Notes: generated from the letters alone by a model not told the origin. A DNA stretch of 64,000 nt from Paraspadella gotoi (GCA_051294375.1 JBJCIZ010000239.1:6619545-6683544); one strand, 5' to 3'. Shown: positions 53,101 to 64,000, counted from the first letter of the stretch. Numbers and translations are program-made.

Positions 53101-56100
53101 GAGTTGCATGAGCTCCTCCCAACCCAACTACAGCCCGTTCTGAAGTTTGGGGTCTTGTGTGCAATGGATGAAGACCTGTTCGAGGCATCGTCTACCACAA
53201 ATCGCTAAAAAAAGACGCTCCAGTCCCACAGCCAGCCCCCCCTAACCCTACCTTACCTGACGAGGGAGAAGAGAAGACCCGCTCGCCATTTGGCCATCGA
53301 CCCTGGACGAGATGGAACGGAGATGGCGTGACGACAGACGGGCGACCAAATGAAGGACAAGATCAGGAGCGTGAAACATGTGCCTAATGTAACGTATATT
53401 GTAATCTAGTTGTATTCATAATTTCACAAAGACGGTACGTTTTTGATTAAAAAAAAAAGTTTGTAAAAGTTTTCCCTGATATCAAACTTAGCCACAATTT
53501 CTTTAAGCCCCTATAGCAGCCAAAGAACGTTTGGAACCAGGCTTGAGGGTTTTCCAGGCCCCCCAAGGTGGTTTACAGCCATCCTCATGCCTTCAGGAGT
53601 GAAGGTACCATTGGGGATCTATTTCGGTACCTAATGGTCATTTACTGATGGTATTACTCAATGAGCCTCCGGGTCACGACTGAAAGTGTCATGCTTAATT
53701 GCTTATGGGCGGGTTGAACTTATGCAATGCCCGATTACAAACTTACCCAACGTCCTCTTCAAATCCAACGCTCCCGTCCACCGCAGCAGCAACGCAGCGC
53801 AGACGAAGGCGACGACGCCGACGACTACGTTGACGGCGACGATATTAAGGTCGACGCATCGACGAAGGCGTCGGCTCAAGGAAGCTTTAAAGGCGGCGCC
53901 TCCAGTGGCGCCGGCGCCGTCGGGACGATGGGATTTGGGCGTCGCGGCGTCGGCGCCCGATTCTGGGTCAGTGTGGGAGACTGTCGAAGGTTGGAGACGT
54001 TGCTGAGAGACGAGAGGGAATAGAAAGAGGAGAGAGGGTGTGTCATTTAATCACAAAGAGAAATTGACAGAGATTTCCCGAAAGCGTCCCATTTCTGTTC
54101 CAAATACATGAATCCCTGTACAATTTCGAATAACATTATCGGTTGGTCATTCAGGCTTTACTTAATACTAAACTACTTATAGTCTAGAACTTATCTTTTC
54201 AACATTGGATTTTACGATCCAAAAATAGAGGATGTAGGAATTTCTCCAGCCAACGTTACGCGGATTTGCGTGGCAAGGAATACATATCTTCTCACCAGTT
54301 CGCAAAGTTGGCTGGCAGGATTCTCCAGAGAGCTGCAGCGTTTTTCATGTCGACAGGTGTATCAGGCATTAGGGATATAGAGAGTGAGCCAGGTTTGTTT
54401 CCTCAGGGAACAAATTACCTCGGCCAATACGGAGTCAACAATGACCCGGCTTTGTCAGCAATGCCCTTCTTCATGGTCACTAGAAGTCTCTTAACTTACC
54501 TTGTAGATACTAAGCACGGTATGCAAGCGCGAGCGACAGGGCGAGAAGGTTTTAGGGAGTTCAGAGAAGAGGAAAGACGACGACCACTGGAAGAAATGGG
54601 AGAGAGAAGAGGAAGAGGAAAACTAGACAGGCCGCCTCCGTCGCCGAAGACGCCACGCCCTGATGAGGGAAGGGATGGAGGATATAATATATATTTAATA
54701 GTTATTTATGTTTAGTATATATGTTTAGAGGTTTTGATTTTTCCGTGATAAGGAGAGGCAAAGCAAAACAGGCGGAATTAATTCTGTTACATTAGAGTGG
54801 GGGGATTGGGTCTGGGATTTACGACTCCTTTTTCTTCGTCAACCTCTAATCACAGACGAGTCAAATCAGTCTTTCCTCTGTCTATAACTGTTTATATTAA
54901 ATAATTTTAAATATATTCCAAGCTTAATTCATACGTTTATTAATATAGTTTTTGAAAAGTGAGACAGTGCTATAGTAACCGTTGCTGAGTCAAGTGTTAC
55001 TACGAAGGGTCCGAAGTCAACAGGTGAGCTGCCCCACCCCGTTTCAATTTCTCATTTTCTATGACACTAAAAGAGCAATATTTTAAAAAATATACAACTA
55101 TTACGTAATGTAACTAACGTCAAATGGGAAGATGACAATGAATGAACTGTTGATGATGTTTAGTGATTGAAGTAATGTAAAATGTGAATCTCTTTCATCT
55201 TTGCACTTTGTAAACTCGAAGTTTTCCTGTCGAACAAACATTTTTTCCCCGACAATCGCTAATTACAACCTCGGCCAAGTCTTTTTTCGTTTCGGGAGGC
55301 TTTGACGCTGAATGGCACGAAATCCAAAAATTGGCAGATATGTCTTTGTGAGAAAGAGAGGATGGGGGGGGGGTTAAGGGAGAGAGAGAGAGAGAAACAA
55401 AGAAAGAAATAAGCAGTACGAAAAGAAATTTTGAAAGTAAAGAATTGGGATGAAGAAATGGGGGTAGAGAGAGAGAGAGAAAATGAGGGAAAACTGAAAA
55501 TAGAGAATTAGATGAGAGAGTCCGACAGAGAGAGAGATAAAAAGAAGGAGAAAATTGAAAATTCTGAATTTGAATCACAAATAGAGAGATAGTGATGTAT
55601 ATATTGATATTGAAAGTAAGAGTACAGAAACTAAAGAAAATATTTCTTAACCCGATCGTATTACTTCAACATGTAAATTGTAATTGTACTATGTAGCGAG
55701 AGATAGAGATTGAAACCCNNNNNNNNNNNNNNNNNNNNNNNNNNNNNNNNNNNNNNNNNNNNNNNNNNNNNNNNNNNNNNNNNNNNGGGGGGGGTTAGGT
55801 AAAAAGTGCCGTCGCCGCCGCCGCCGATCGAACTTACCAAGAGAGCGGCCCTCGGCGTTGGCCAGGATTGAGTCTTGGTCTGTTTGTTGTAGNNNNNNNN
55901 NNNNNNNNNNNNNNNNNGGGGTGCATTAGTTTTTTAGCCTTAATTAATATTCCACCCACGGAATCCATTTCGTCGAAATTTTTTTTCATTATTGCAATGT
56001 TTTTAAATATAGAATAGTGTTAATTAGAAATCTCACGGTCATAACAGTAATTTCCTTTCAATGTAACGTACAAATTATACTTCACGACCAAAAAAAAACA

Positions 56101-58018
56101 AAAAAAAAACAAACAAAAAACAATTTATAATTTTTTTTTAAATGTGAAATTTCGCCGGCAGATACGTCGTCGGCGGTTACCTCATCGGCGGCGTGGAGTT
56201 GATCAACCTGATCCGCTGCCTCTGGCACGGGACTTTTTTTTTGGTCGTGAAGTATAATTTGTACGTACATTGAAACGAAATTACTGTTATGACCGTGAGA
56301 TTTCTAATTAACACTATTCTATATTTAAAAACATTGCAATAATGAAAAAAAATTTCGACGAAATGGATTCCGTGGGTGGAATATCAATTAAGGCTAAAAA
56401 AAACTAATGCATAGGGGTATTTTTATCATTGTACATACATTGGTACATCAATAAATATTAAATAAGCTATCTTGCTCCTGACTTTAGACCGGCCCTTGTG
56501 GGTAAAGGCATAATCACTTTTAAAGATGAAAGCATAGTGGACCCCGAAAGGCTTTAAATCAAGAATCTCTCTAAGTTTAGTTTATTAAATCCCAAAAAAC
56601 ATGGCGCTTTAACACAAGTTTATATACTGTAAGTATCAATGATCGAAATGATATTCAATAATATGGCTGAAATTTATAAGTTATGATTAACAATATTCCA
56701 TCTTTCAAGGCATATTAATATTATATTAGCCAAACAAATTTTTCATAAAATAAGCCCTGCTCATCAACGTTTACCCGAACCGGCGATCTCGCGCCAGAAT
56801 GACCCGTGCCCCGACCACTCGAACTTGCTAAGTCACGTCCGCTAAACTTCAGTCTGTTGTCCAATCAAAAGTTATAAAAAAAATTAAACAAAACGGAACC
56901 GAAATAGACAACCACTGTTTAATTTAATATAATTTTTATTCCTAAAACTAAGTCTTTAATACAGCAACAACCGATGGAAGCGAGTTATCCCTCCTTCGCT
57001 CCTCTCCTTACTCTCTCCTTATCCCCCCCCCATTCTCCGAAAGCCCGAACCGTTGAGGATCTGCGAGAGATCGTTAGCGAGAGGGACGCCGGCGAGGGAA
57101 GGACGCCCGCCTCGGGAGAACCCGACCATCCAGACGTCGCTTGAGATAGCTTGGTCTCCGCAGGTACCCTTGACCGAGTCGTAGACCGCTCGTGACCAGG
57201 AACTGTGCCAGCCCAGTTGGTCCCGGCGTTTCTTGGGTGAACCCCGGCCGTGCCTTTGATTGAGGATCGAAATGAAGAAGGAATTAAAATATTAATTATA
57301 AATATACATTTAAGTCATAAAAAGTCAATAAGCCCATAATTAATAATTATAAAGGGACATTCAGAAACCAGAAGAAAAAGTAAAAAGAAGCCGGAAAAAA
57401 AAAATGGAAAAAAGAAGCATTGAAAGGCGAAAAAAAGAAAAGTACCAAGTGCTTTCCCAATGGAAAACTCTCTTTTAAGTTCTCTTTCTTTAATAAGACA
57501 AACGAATGAATGAACGATTGAACGAACGAAGGAACGCAACTAACGCACGCACGCCACGCACGACGCACGCACCCGCCCCAAGAAAACCGGAACCGGTAAA
57601 GGATATTTCCCAAATGGGGAAGTTTTTCTTCGTTCAAGACGGAAACCACGAGTTTAAGCGTTGACTTCTTTGGACAACGAAAATCCGTCATGGGTATTGG
57701 GAAGCGGATATTGGATTGTCAGTTCGACAAAATTTGAAAAGAAACCCCAAAAACTAAGAACGGGACAGACGGACGATCGACATAAAATACCTCGAAGAAT
57801 GTTGAGCTTGAGGCAGCAAAGAGGTGAAAGGAAAGTGATCCTTGTGCTCGGTCCCCACCTGCCAAATAAAGAAATAAACATTACACAATTATATAAGTAT
57901 TATAAGAAAAGAAATTTGTTTTTCTAATATTCGTCAGGTGTCCATTTATATGAACAGTTTGAAGGGATCCGGTTAGGTGGGTAAAAAACTACACCCGAAC
58001 TTTGAAACAATCAGGGGT

Positions 58019-58088
<70 letters not shown>

Positions 58089-61000
58089 AAACATCTCTCT
58101 CTCTCCATCCCTTTTACACGCCCAAGCTATATGAAAAAAAAAATCAAGCTCTCTTGCTCCCCGGATAAGTCTTCAGGATTCCACTTGGTTCTATCCGTCG
58201 TATATCCATAAAAGGGCAAGGACTGTCGAGATATTTCCACCGCTCGATACGCGGATGAATGACTGGTTATAGGAAAAAAGTGGGGGCGGAAGAGGGGGGG
58301 CAACATTCAGGGTTGCGATCACTAATTGGGATCAACGTTTGTAATCTCGCAATCAATAATTGTGGCCCGTAAAGTAAATTCGATTTGCCAAACAAACTAA
58401 TATTTTTAAATATTAAAATATTGTTTAAACTTTAAAGACTTTCTATTTCGTTGTGGTTTTTTTGTGTTTTTTTTTAGAATTAGGAGAAAAACCAATTTGA
58501 TTTGTTTTGACTATGAACTTAATCATAATTTCGCTGTCAAAACAAATCAAATTGTTTCGCCTTATATTAAAATAAAATTGTTCATGGAAAGCCGAAATTA
58601 TAAAGGAGAATTAAAAAAGGAAATTAGAAACTAGAAATTAAAAAAAACAATCTAATGAAAAAATTACAATTAGAAAAAGGAAAAAGACTTATTTTTCATT
58701 GACTGACGCTTCTCGTGAACCAAATTAAAATCTTCAAAGGACTTAGGCTCTCTTTTTTCCCGCCAAGATTCCGAATCGATCGTATTATTAAAAAATCGTC
58801 CAGTACCCCTTTCTATTAAAAGTGAAAAGGGTGAGAGGAAAAAGGCAAAGGAGAGTCGTATGGATGAGGCAGTGACCAAAGAGAAAACTAACCTTCTGCC
58901 AGTGATATATCTGCAAACAACGAGAGAAGGAGTGAAAACAGGAAGCATGTACGTAAGAAAATTAGATAACGGAATAGGAGACAGGAAAAAAAAAAAGAAA
59001 TAAATAAAAAAATGACGTAGAAGAATATGGAGTGATATGAAATCCGACCCTTAACTCCCTGCCCTTAATAGTAATCCACCCGCACCGACCAGAGGAGAGA
59101 GAGAGAGAGAGAGTAGAGAGGAGAGGGAAGAGAGAGAGCAGAGAAGAGATGAGAGGAACGGACACCGACGCTGGACCGCTGAGAATGAACATTCGACGAA
59201 TGAAGGACAACTTTTACCTCTAAAATTTACCAATAAATTGGCCGTATGAGTCCAATACCCCCCGAATTTTTCGTACATTGAAAGTTAAACTTAAAAATGC
59301 TAAATTTTCGTTTGAGCATGTTCCCATACTAAATTTTTGAGTCACACCATTGAGAGGGGCTACCCCTATTCAGAAGAAAAAAAACTTGATTAAAGGCTAA
59401 ACTCTTTTCAATAATAATGATCCAAAAAATTATAATCCCTATTAACAAATATATAGTGAAATACTCTGTTAACGACTATGATATTTTTGACTTCCAAATA
59501 TTTTTTCCTCATTTTAAAAAATTTTATCTTGAATGAAATTTTTGATTGTTCTTTTTTTAGGGAAGAAACCAGACCGAGGTCAAATTTTATATTTGCATAT
59601 TTATTAATTTATAAATAGTTATCACAACTCAATAATTATTATTTTAAAAAAAGATAAAATGATTAAATATATACACTAAAAATATTTATAATTTTAATAA
59701 TAGTATAAATTATCAGAATAAACAAAAAAAGTAATGTTTAATTTTATGCTATTAATCTCTTTCTATCGAACTCCTATTTTATGATATATAATTTGCCAAT
59801 AGTGGGGCCAATCCAGCCGTTCACAAGTTTACAAAAATAAATAAATACAATTTATTTTTTTTTAAATGTAATGCATATTGTTCGGCGAAAGTGCTGTATA
59901 TATAATAAGTCACATTAGCTGATTTTATATGTGGCTAATGCATGTCAATATAAGTTATTCTTCACTTTTTTTTAAAATATATCCACGAAAATCTCGCGAT
60001 GTAAATTTGGGATTTTGTATTGAAAAAAAAGCCCCGAATAAAAGTTTTTGTAGAAAAAAAACATAATCACATATTTTTCAAAAAAAGAACGATCACGCAA
60101 GAGATCGTAAAGAGAGAAAGAGACAGAGAGAGAAAGAGAGAGACAAAGCTGGACAGCTGCTTGAAGGCGCGCTGTGTACAGTCAGTGCAAAAAACTATGA
60201 AACTTCGTTTTTTTTTTTTTTTTTTTTTTATTAATAAAAGAAATTTTTTTTTTTTTTTATTAAGTACCAAAAACAGAAAAATAAAAAGAAATAAACAAAA
60301 TAAAAGAAATAAAAGAAAAAGAAAGGCAAATGTTACAATGGTTTAGCAATTGGAATTTTTCCAATTTTTTTCCAATCGCAGCTTGTAAAAGATTTTATTT
60401 TTTATTTGTATTAAAATTAAGATATAGCTTCTCATAAAAAGTTATTTTGAGTTCCCATTTTTATTTAGAGATTTAAAAAAAATTTTTTTGAATTTCAATC
60501 TTCAATATTATATACTGCAATATGTAAATTAGATTAAAGCATTTCTATATAATAATTTGGATATGATAATGAGTACTATAATCTCATTTGCATATTGCGA
60601 GTAAATCATAATGAAGTGGAAATTCAAACAAAAAATACTTAAATCCAAATGTAATAAGAAATATCAAAGCTATTTCAAGTNNNNNNNNNNNNNNNNNNNN
60701 NNNNNAGATGAGAAGCCATATCTAAATTTTTAACTTACTATGAATACACACTTTTGTAAAACTTTATCATAATTTTTATTTAAAAAAAAACGGTAAGTCA
60801 CAGCCAAACCTATAAAAGCGTAGTAGTTTTTATTTAAAAACAGCGTGACGGCCGACGACGACGACGCCGACGACGACGACGACGGCGACGACGACTACGT
60901 CACAAAGAAGCTCACCCGAATCAATATCAAGCCTGAACCGGCTTCGCCGGTCATGGCTTGATAAAAATTGCGGAATTTAGTGAAAATATATGATATCTTA

Positions 61001-62448
61001 TGGTGGACTAAAATCCATCAACCGTTCATCAGCGGCCATTGGTGCCGGAGGCAAGTCATTCGCCTCCCAACCCGAAGGTCCGGGGTTCTAGCCCGGTGGC
61101 CGCCTAGCAGTTAAGAGGGACGGGGACTGCTAAGAAGCTCAGGGACTGCTTATATTGAACGGTTCTGTCATTAACACATATAAATAATCACTGTCTCTTC
61201 AATCTAAAGTAGTACTAATTCGCTTTTGGTTTTTAAGGGTCATCTGAACAGACTAAGCTCCGAGCAAAAAAAAAAAGAAAATATTGAACAGAATAATTGT
61301 TATGAGTTAGTGATAGAACCGTTCAATGTAAGCACTAAGCAGTCCCTGAGCTACGGATCAGGCTGTAACCTTATGTTACAAGCGATAAAAAAGAAAAAGG
61401 AAACGAACTCACTTTTGCTGAGCATCAGGACGAAAAATGATCAAATCTTCCAAAGATCTTCGAACGCGTATGCTGCCGCCGTCGCTGCCGCCGCTGTCGC
61501 CAAACGCGGCGCCATAATCACGCCGACTCGAATCGCCGAGGAAAGCGGCGTCTCCGGCGTCGATATCGACGGCGCTGAATCCGGAAACGGCGCCGGACGA
61601 CGTCGCCGATTCGTCGGCAAAGACGAGACGCAAAATCGACCAGAGACTCAATTTGTTGAAAGTCGTCGCGGCGAGAAGAAAGAGAGAAATGAAGGAGACG
61701 ACGAGGAACTGGGGGGGAGGGGAGGAAAGGGGGGAAAGGGGGCGTAAGGGAGGGGAATTAAGGGGAAGGAGGAAAAGAGGAGGGGAGGAAAGGGAGGAGT
61801 CGGAGGGGAGGGAGGAAAAATAGGAGGAGGGTGGGAAAGAGGAATTGAAAAAGAAGTGTTAGTGAATGGGGGAATAAAGGTTGGACGAGTTGGAAAAGTT
61901 TTTGAATGAAGGAAAAAAGGTTAAATATAAATATATAAATATATAAATTTATAAATATATGGTTGGTGAATTGGAAAAAGGTTGATGAATGAATAAAACT
62001 TTTTTCAGTGATTTTTTAAAACTCATTTAAAGACTGACAGACCGAAAAGAGTTCGATTACGAATTTCTTTTGTGAAAATTAACAACGTCGCATTTAATAA
62101 AATTATCGAGCAAAATCTTTGTTTGTTTTCATTTTTAGCAATCTCGATATTCACGAGGCATTTCTTGTTTGCATTTAGCGAAGAGTTAACAACCGCGCCC
62201 ACCTTGACAAAACGACGCGTCTTTAAGATCTCGGTTAAAATATGGAAGAAAGATTAAAATTGAAGTTGATAAATCAATAATAAATAATAATAAAATATTA
62301 CTAAAATTAACTAAAACCTCTCTCACCTTCAAGACTTTTTTGCAAGCATCGCCCATCTCCAATTCGTTAAAAAGTTCGGCGGCGTCTTTTGGCTGTGGCG
62401 GCGCTGTAGCCGCGGCGTCGAACTCCGGCAGAAAACGCGGGACGGCGT
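38069..62448 (-). CDS. Chitin synthase (GT2), metazoan type I-like, ~28 exons; 5' end unresolved
   Basis: Exons in transcript order: 62448-62327, 61708-61413, [56162-56233 inverted + 55892-55838], 54659-54500, 54002-53747, 53383-53257, 52373-52198, 51736-51629, 51191-51091, 50604-50463, 49742-49639, 49234-49081, 47266-47077, 46286-46159, 45923-45842, 45174-45096, 44109-43957, 42800-42605, 42207-42002, 41441-41403, 41330-41215, 41057-40961, 40713-40610, 40348-40242, 40169-40092, 39758-39604, 39214-39056, 38217-38069. Motifs: [60 protein letters not shown], FWxELxxKYL. Multiple TM segments on both sides of the catalytic domain. Confidence 0.92.
38293..38703 (-). mobile_element. DINE-1/HINE-like element, internally deleted
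   Basis: Both ends of the family in reverse orientation. Confidence 0.65.
39056..39214 (-). CDS. Chitin synthase exon (C-terminal TM segment)
   Basis: [29 protein letters not shown] matches the LRN...N.xW pattern; canonical splice sites. Confidence 0.8.
39604..39758 (-). CDS. Chitin synthase exon
   Basis: [16 protein letters not shown] motif; 1-nt phase mismatch with the next exon. Confidence 0.75.
40242..40348 (-). CDS. Chitin synthase exon with SWGTRE
   Basis: [29 protein letters not shown]; phases consistent. Confidence 0.9.
40610..41441 (-). CDS. Chitin synthase post-catalytic TM exons (41441-41403, 41330-41215, 41057-40961, 40713-40610)
   Basis: Hydrophobic in-phase translations, e.g. 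[38 protein letters not shown]. The 40961 to 40713 junction needs an extra exon or the alternative acceptor at 40856. Confidence 0.8.
42002..42207 (-). CDS. Chitin synthase exon with QRRRW; GC donor
   Basis: [36 protein letters not shown]; ends TCAG|gcaagt. Confidence 0.93.
42605..42800 (-). CDS. Chitin synthase exon with GEDRW catalytic motif
   Basis: [25 protein letters not shown]...[19 protein letters not shown]. Confidence 0.94.
43957..44109 (-). CDS. Chitin synthase exon with DxD
   Basis: [35 protein letters not shown]...[12 protein letters not shown]. Confidence 0.93.
44160..44790. repeat. ~41-bp purine-rich minisatellite, ~15 copies, next to a chitin synthase acceptor
   Basis: gagcggttaagagtaaaagggtaaagggagagaaagagagg repeated. 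Confidence 0.93.
45096..46286 (-). CDS. Chitin synthase exons 46286-46159, 45923-45842, 45174-45096 (variable insert, then HTYVLST)
   Basis: The last exon gives EHTYVLST|D in phase with the DxD exon. The first two are GC-rich open exons with a net 1-nt phase discrepancy. Confidence 0.65.
46391..46977 (-). mobile_element. DINE-1/HINE-like element
   Basis: Both ends plus a (GACA/GGAC)n tract in reverse orientation. Confidence 0.65.
47077..47266 (-). CDS. Chitin synthase exon
   Basis: [12 protein letters not shown]...[22 protein letters not shown]. Confidence 0.93.
47641..47757. repeat. 12-bp minisatellite (CTATTAAGACAA), ~9 copies
   Basis: Direct reading. Confidence 0.93.
48340..49032 (+). 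repeat. Dispersed ~400-bp repeat family marked by the palindrome ATTGGT-TGT-ACCAAT; two tandem diverged units
   Basis: Shared blocks with 6250-6335, 7700-7900, 16340-16450, 26660-26765 and 56445-56600 (-). Confidence 0.55.
49081..49742 (-). CDS. Chitin synthase exons 49742-49639 and 49234-49081 (start of catalytic domain)
   Basis: [22 protein letters not shown]|SLRTV...[10 protein letters not shown]. Confidence 0.9.
50463..54659 (-). CDS. Chitin synthase N-terminal TM exons (54659-54500, 54002-53747, 53383-53257, 52373-52198, 51736-51629, 51191-51091, 50604-50463)
   Basis: Consecutive GT-AG exons in matching phase with hydrophobic translations ([23 protein letters not shown]). The 54659-54500 exon has no fully open frame. 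Confidence 0.8.
52780..53013 (-). mobile_element. tRNA-Gly-derived repeat, second copy
   Basis: Reverse complement of 61000-61203 with a longer body; core 52909-52981. Confidence 0.6.
55922..56411. repeat. ~177-bp inverted repeat (fold-back) enclosing half of a chitin synthase exon
   Basis: 55922-56098 is the reverse complement of 56234-56411 with few differences. Confidence 0.9.
61000..61203 (+). mobile_element. tRNA-Gly(CCC)-derived repeat (SINE-like); tRNA-like core 61032-61104
   Basis: GCGGCCA/TGGCCGC acceptor stem, ttcg-c-CTCCCAA-c-cgaa arm, ccggg-gttctag-cccgg T arm; second copy at 52780-53013 (-). Confidence 0.6.
61413..61708 (-). CDS. Chitin synthase exon with first TM helix
   Basis: (KKVLK)|[26 protein letters not shown]; its phase-2 donor AA|gtgagt matches the phase-2 acceptor at 56162. 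Confidence 0.7.
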
Positions 62449-62795
62449 CTTTTTTTTTTAATTTTTAGTCCGAAATAAGAGAAAGAAAAGTCTTAACTAA
62501 AACGTCCTCATCTTTTTTTTTATTTTAGGGAAGCTTCGAATTTGGTCTAATCCTGAAAACGAGAGAGAGCAACGATCGGAAAGAATTCGCCAAGTTTTTA
62601 TTTTCGAAACAAAAAAACAAAAAAAAAGAGGGAAACGAAACAAAAAAATAAAAATCTGGAAACAAGAAGAAAAAAAGAGACAAAAAAGAAAAAAACCAAA
62701 AAACAGGGAGATAAAACTCGAGGAGAAAAAATTCCCCGAGTTTAGAGTCTCATATGGCGAGTGGCTCGGAATCAGAATTGTGGAATCTTGGATTG

Positions 62796-62841
<46 letters not shown>

Positions 62842-63411
62842 AGACATCCTCGTCTTTGTCCTCATCGCAAAAGTCGTGGGACGAACAGGCAACCGGGATG
62901 ATTCCCGGTCATCGCTTGCTCTTTCTTTTTTAATTTAGAAAAAAGCAAGTAATCTGCTTTTTTTTAGGACTTCGCTTTTGTTCGTTTGTTCTTTTTTTTT
63001 TTAATAAGCTGCATCGAAACATTCGATTCTGGGGAGGAGGAGGAGGAGGAGGAAGAGGAGGAGGACGACGACGACGACGGAGGCAACGACAATTGGAGGA
63101 TCCTGCAACTTTCAGCGAAAGAACATTGTTGTTTATTGTCGCTCGTCGGAGGGGGGTCGTCTTCGTCGTCGTCGGCGTTGTCGTCGTCGTCGTTCGTCGT
63201 CCTTGTTTGTCGGCGAGGATGTGAAAAGTGAATATCTCTCTCTCTCTCTCTCTTTTCATTTTGCACCAAATTTTTCGATTCATTTTTGACCGAAATTAAA
63301 TATAAGTTTGTATTTTGAGTACTAATGTTGATAACCAGAATGTTGTGGCGGAAATAAATATATTTATTTGCATGGGCGTATAATTTCAGTGCTCAACCAT
63401 TTTAGATTCTT

Positions 63412-63501
<90 letters not shown>

Positions 63502-63559
63502 CCCTGTTAATCGTTCTTCTTAACAATTGCTATCGCGTCTTGACCAGGTTTTCATCGAG

Positions 63560-63660
63560 TCGCCTGGCGTCACAAAACACGCTGTGTCACAGAGCTCAGC
63601 GGAAGTGACGTCAAAAAAGTGAAAAAGTCGATTAAGTCGACGTCACTTGGCGGCGGAAAA
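63560..63660. promoter_or_regulatory. Candidate promoter with overlapping ETS-CRE motif
   Basis: CGGAAGTGACGTCA at 63600-63613, plus GACGTCAC at ~63640 and another CGGAA; upstream of the chitin synthase 5' exons. Confidence 0.45.
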
Positions 63661-63754
63661 AGAAAAATTGAATCCTTGTCAAACAAAATGGAATCGAAGA
63701 CGAAGCACAAAAGTCAAGAAAGAAAAGATCATGACGAAGCCTTTCTTTCTTTTT

Positions 63755-63786
<32 letters not shown>

Positions 63787-64000
63787 GCTTTCTTGCTTTC
63801 TTGCTTTCTTTCTTTTTTCTTTTTTTAATTTAATCTCTTTCTTTTTATTTCATTTTATTATTTCTTTCCTACTTGTTTTTGTTTTGATTTTTTCTAGTTA
63901 TTTTTTTTCTTTCTCTTTATTTATTTCCTTCTCTCTTTTTTTCTTTCTTTTTTTCTTTTTATTTTTGAAATCATTTTATTTTTTTTCATTTAAGCTTTGC

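Noticed and set aside
55270-55343. Candidate chitin synthase exon [25 protein letters not shown]
   Set aside because: The split exon ending WPTPRAALL joins 54659 directly in phase 0; this piece starts in phase 1 and does not fit.
61032-61104. Functional tRNA-Gly gene
   Set aside because: Anticodon-stem mismatch, non-canonical T loop and D arm, and it is embedded in a repeated body sequence.
62500-63240. Further 5' chitin synthase coding exons
   Set aside because: GC-rich and plausible, but I could not find phase-consistent donor/acceptor pairs; left unresolved.

Overview
AT-rich, (GA)n-rich animal genomic DNA from a draft assembly with N gaps at 358-382, 55719-55786, 55893-55917 and 60681-60705, plus patches of indel noise. 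Three intron-containing genes can be rebuilt by hand from splice signals, exon phases and family motifs. (1) PRDM8 (PR/SET domain plus three zinc fingers; + strand, 4 coding exons, 16959-22143). (2) A 69-aa heterotrimeric G-protein gamma subunit ending in CaaX (+ strand, 35275-36645). (3) A chitin synthase of about 28 exons (- strand, ~62448-38069) with intact DxD, GEDRW, QRRRW and SWGTRE motifs and type I-like signatures. It has one GC-AG intron, several 1-nt frame breaks and one exon split and inverted at a fold-back next to a gap. The rest is repeats: an internally deleted DIRS-like element with ~150-bp inverted termini, DINE-1/HINE-like elements, MITEs filled with TTAGGG-like repeats, tRNA-derived repeats and minisatellites. 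The most striking pattern is that several minisatellites are built from, or abut, splice sites: 7 tandem donors in the G-gamma gene, AG-free arrays ending at acceptors, and a 10x amplified acceptor+exon unit. There is also a small spliced orphan gene and a Pol III-like structured RNA candidate. All family assignments rest on motif recognition; no database searches were run.
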